Made by a program: the position numbers and the translations under genes. The notes beneath the pieces were generated by a model that searched no databases, was not told where the DNA came from, and was given only the letters and a program-made list of their open reading frames with translations. 64,000 bases of DNA, from NCBI GenBank assembly GCA_963662275.1, contig OY759316.1:3680001-3744000 (forward strand), read 5' to 3'. Position 1 is the first letter of the stretch, and the number at the start of each line of letters is the position of its first letter. This stretch comes from Candidatus Cloacimonadales bacterium. Lineage in GTDB: Bacteria > Cloacimonadota > Cloacimonadia > Cloacimonadales > DAONDQ01. Below, in pieces: positions 60,086 through 64,000 of the stretch.

Positions 60086-62451
60086 ATGACAAAGACATTG
60101 TTTTTAACACTGGCTTTTCTCGGTACAGGAATCCTCTGCGCCCTTACTCATTCAGTTAACCTGGACGGTTCTGCCCAGTATACTTCTATCCAGTCCGCAA
60201 TAAACGCATCAGTAGATAATGACACAGTGTTGGTCTATCCCGGTCGGTATTTGGAAAACATTACAATCCTGAATAAAAGAATTATACTGTGTTCCAAAGA
60301 AATGACGACAGGCAATCCCGTTTATATAGGGCAAACCATCATAGACGGTCGGAGATTAGGCAGTTGCATCAAAGTATCTGGAACTGGCTCCAATGGACTG
60401 GCATCAATAATTAGAGGATTCACAATCACGAATGGACAGGGAAGTATGGGTGAAAATGTATTCTATCCGGGGGGGGGGGCACAAATTGGTTATCATGCTA
60501 ATGTGGAGTTAGTTAATAATAGAATTTCTGATAATCGATCTGATGTGGGTGGTGGAATCTATTTATCATCTGGTTCAATAAGTTTGCAGGGAAATAGCAT
60601 CCATAATAATATTGCTTCTGTTATGGGAGGTGGAATATATATTGGTTATGATTCTATTGTTAATTTCAATGCAACTAATCGATGTAATTTCTATAGCAAT
60701 TATTGTGGTCAGGGATCTGATATTTTGTTTGATAATTTTCAAATAACACCTACTATTTATGCAGATACTATATCTGTTTTCACTACATCTACATATTACA
60801 TTAGAAATGATCATGGATTTTACGAAGTTCCTTCTCAGCCTATTATTTTTGCAAATCATGCATATATAACAGAAATCAACCATGATTTATTTGTTTCCCC
60901 TGATGGAAATGATGCTAATGACGGTTTAACTTCTGCAAGTCCATTACGAGCAATTGCCATAGCATTACAAAGAATAGCTTCAGACAGCCTCAATCCCAAA
61001 ACAGTATATCTTGCACCTGGCGAATACCGTCAATCAGAAGGTCAGATTTTTCCGATACAATTAAAAGCATATGTTAATTTCGTAGGGAGTGGTCAGGAAG
61101 ATACACGATTAATCTTAGATGATCCTATTTTCCCTGCAAGTGGAATTGTTGGTAGAGTTATTCAAAATATTGAACTTCGTGAATTTACTTTAAATGGAAC
61201 AAATGTTCAGGGTAATTTTGGCATATTTTTAGCTCCTGAGATTGTAACTGCCAGGGTTCTGATTGATAAAATCTCTCTGGAATATATAAACAGTTTACAT
61301 ATTAATTCAAACGAACCATCATTAGGTATTTTCCAATGTCGCAATGTTATTATTCAGCGTTCTGTTTTTAGAAACAACAGATCTAGTGGTGTAGCAGGAA
61401 TTAGGCTAAATGGTTCTTCCGGTTTAATAGAAGATTGTACTTTTAAAGATAATGTTGCTGATGATCTTTCTCATGAACTGGCACTTGGCTGTGACATTGG
61501 AGCTGAAGTTACTGGTAATTTACAGATTCGAAATTGCATTTTTTCCGGTGGGCAGACCACATTCAATAATCCCGAATCATTGCATGGTATAGTTAGCATA
61601 GAAAGTAAAACCGGAACAGATACTCATATAGAAATTGATAACTGTTTGTTCACTGATAGCCATGCAATGGGTGGAGCTGCTTATACCTTAAGCTGTGAAA
61701 GTCCTGGTGAGATGAATTTAACAAACTGTACTTTTGCCAATAACACGTCACTGGAAACAGCAGCAGTCCTGAATGGTTATATCAATGTGAAGAACTGTAT
61801 ATTTAACAATCCGACAACACGTGAGATCATGCTTGGCTATCAGGGTGCATATGGGGTCGCTACAAATCTTCATATAGATTACAGTGATGTTAGAGGTGGT
61901 GCTGTTTTAATACCTTCTCCCCAATATTATACTTGGGGTGTGGGAAATACTACTTTAGACCCGCTCTTTGCCAGCACGAATCCGCTTGATGACGATTATC
62001 TGTATCTGACAGCTAATTCACCCTGCGTGGACACTGGCACACCGGATACCACAGGGCTTTTCCTTCCTCTTGCAGATTTAGCGGGTAATTACCGTATCTG
62101 GAATAACCGCGTTGATATGGGTTGCTATGAGTTTGGTTCTCCTACAGGGAATGAAGATGAGATACCCGCTGAAGTGGTTGCTACGAAGCTGTGCAATTAC
62201 CCAATCCGTTCAATCCGAGTACGACGATAAGTTTTCATATTCCTGTAAGCTCTCATGTGAGCCTGTCTGTATATAATATCAAAGGGCAGAAAGTAGCACA
62301 GTTGATCAATGAGAATATGCCATTGGGGCAGCATAGCATTGTATGGAATGGAAAAGATGATAATGGAAATGCCTGTTCCAGCGGAATATACTTCTGTTGC
62401 CTGGAAACGCAAGGACAGAGAATCACAAGGAAAACGATGCTGATGAAGTAA
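60086..62451 (+). pseudogene. Secreted beta-helix (DUF1565/pectin-lyase-like) protein with CTD, frameshifted at ~62200
   Basis: YTSIQSAI...VYPGRY, VSPDGND.NDG, SPCVDTG...DMGCYE. NYPNPF is split between frames (TAC CC AAT CCG TTC). Confidence 0.8.
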
Positions 62452-62492
62452 GGGAACAGGGAACAGGGAACAGTTCAGAGAAAGACTGTTCA

Positions 62493-63484
62493 TTGCGCTA
62501 ATTTCAATAACCTGAAGGATACTGCTGCCGGTCGGTAAGCGCTGTCTTTAGCTTGCGCTTTATCGGTAACCTGAAGAATACCACTACCAGTAGGTAAGCG
62601 CTGTCTTTAGCTTGCGCTTTATCGGTAACCTGAAGAATACCACTACCAGTAGGTAAGCGCTGTCTTTAGCTTGCGCTTGTTTATCTGTAACCTGAAGGAT
62701 ACTGCTGCCGGTCGGTAGGCGCTGTCTTTAGCTTGCGCTTTATCGGTAACCTGAAGAATACCACTACCAGTCGGTAGGCGCTGTCTTTAGCTTGCGCTTT
62801 ATCGGTAACCTGAAGAATACCACTACCAGTAGGTAAGCGCTGTCTTTAGCTTGCGCTTTATCGGTAACCTGAAGAATACCACTACCAGTAGGTAAGCGCT
62901 GTCTTTAGCTTGCGCTTGTTTATCGGTAACCTGAAGAATACCACTACCAGTAGGTAAGCGCTGTCTTTAGCTTGCGCTTTATCGGTAACCTGAAGAATAC
63001 CACTACCAGTAGGTAAGCGCTGTCTTTAGCTTGCGCTAATTTACCGTAACCTAAAGGATACCACTACCAGTAGGTAAGCGCTGTCTTTAGCTTGCGCTTT
63101 ATCGGTAACCTGAAGAATACCACTACCAGTCGGTAGGCGCTGTCTTTAGCTTGCGCTTTATCGGTAACCTGAAGAATACCACTACCAGTAGGTAAGCGCT
63201 GTCTTTAGCTTGCGCTTTATCGGTAATCTGAAGAATACCACTACCAGTAGGTAAGCGCTGTCTTTAGCTTGTGCTTTATCGGTAACCTGAAGAATACCAC
63301 TACCAGTAGGTAAGCGCTGTCTTTAGCTTGTGCTCATTTACAGTAACCTGAAGGATACCACTACCAGTAGGTAAGCGCTGTCTTTAGCTTGCGCTTTATC
63401 GGTAACCTGAAGAATACCACTACCAGTAGGTAAGCGCTGTCTTTAGCTTGCGCTATTTTCGTAACCTGAAGGATACTGCTGCCG
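62493..63484. repeat. Tandem array of ~59-bp units (16 full + 1 partial)
   Basis: TAACCTGAAG starts at 62508, 62567, 62626, 62688, 62747, 62806, 62865, 62927, 62986, 63047, 63106, 63165, 63224, 63283, 63344, 63403 and 63462. Confidence 0.95.
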
Positions 63485-63943
63485 AGTGTTAAGTCATAAT
63501 TCAGGTGAGAATTCCATAGTTGAATAGCAATAAGATTTATAGCGTTGTCTATACAAGTATCAAACGATAACATATAAACCAGTTTATGCAAAGCATCAGT
63601 TATAAAGATTTTACATAATTTCAGGCATCCCCCCGTAATTTTCTTAACAATTAGTTTAGAAGCGTTTATAGTAACAGTCAAACGTTTTGCCGACTTTGAA
63701 AATCTGTTTAACATCACTGGTTGGTCAAAACTCCTAAACAGAAACTAGTGCAATTTGTAATTTACGGTAAACAGAAGAGTTGTGTTTTCACGGTAAAAGC
63801 AAAAAGCAGGTATTTTAATAAAACTTATAAAATTATGTGAGAAAATAAGATAACTATATAGAATGTCCATAATAAAACTGTACAAAAAAAGTGTCTCCGA
63901 TCTTTTGTTCAAGCACTAAACCAAACCTAAGAAGGAGACACCC

Positions 63944-64000
63944 ATGATTAATAAGAAGCAAATCAAAACCAGAGAAACCTTGCAAGTAAAATTGTTACAA
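63944..64000 (+). CDS. Start of a gene truncated by the window end (possibly a transposase)
   Basis: AAGGAG RBS then MINKKQIKTRETLQVKLLQ; the RBS lies in a GTGTCTCC/GGAGACAC stem. Confidence 0.4.
   Translation, partial: MINKKQIKTRETLQVKLLQ

Noticed and set aside
62493..63484. CRISPR array
   Set aside because: Whole units repeat with no unique spacers, and there are no cas genes in the window.
63361..63717. 118-aa minus-strand ORF
   Set aside because: It runs into the tandem array and has no recognisable motif; probably spurious.

Overview
AT-rich bacterial chromosomal window, most consistent with Candidatus Cloacimonadota (inferred from the many secreted proteins ending in the NYPNPFNP...YNIKGQ...SGVYF...MLLLK FlgD-Ig/T9SS-like C-terminal domain, CTD). 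In order it holds: a partial Nif3 gene; a 1861-bp IS (11-bp TIR, 8-bp TSD) at 919-2779; an ArsR-HTH/M29-peptidase-like fusion followed by secreted proteins; a tandem array of six FG-GAP beta-propeller + CTD genes (10.1-21.8 kb), five of them behind a near-identical ~335-bp leader; a large beta-helix/CTD protein; an NTPase-TPR-GAF sigma54 activator; dinG, murB, a DUF2341/glycosidase-like protein and a methyltransferase; a 2-oxoacid dehydrogenase operon (E1a, E1b, E2, E3, lipoate ligase); an uncharacterised operon of PqqD/RRE, ATP-grasp ligase (split by the second IS copy at 46777-48637), PLP decarboxylase, urea-transporter-M23 fusion, TPR and TPR/beta-barrel genes; a lipoprotein with an internal duplication; a frameshifted beta-helix/CTD gene; and a ~1-kb 59-bp tandem array. 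GTAG-type REP-like palindromes are scattered throughout, some of them in frame inside genes. The best candidate for a new system is the RRE/ATP-grasp/decarboxylase/UT-M23/TPR-barrel operon, where the decarboxylase itself carries a RiPP-leader-like YxxPxI N-terminus and no precursor peptide is visible. All calls are by eye; no searches or folding were run.
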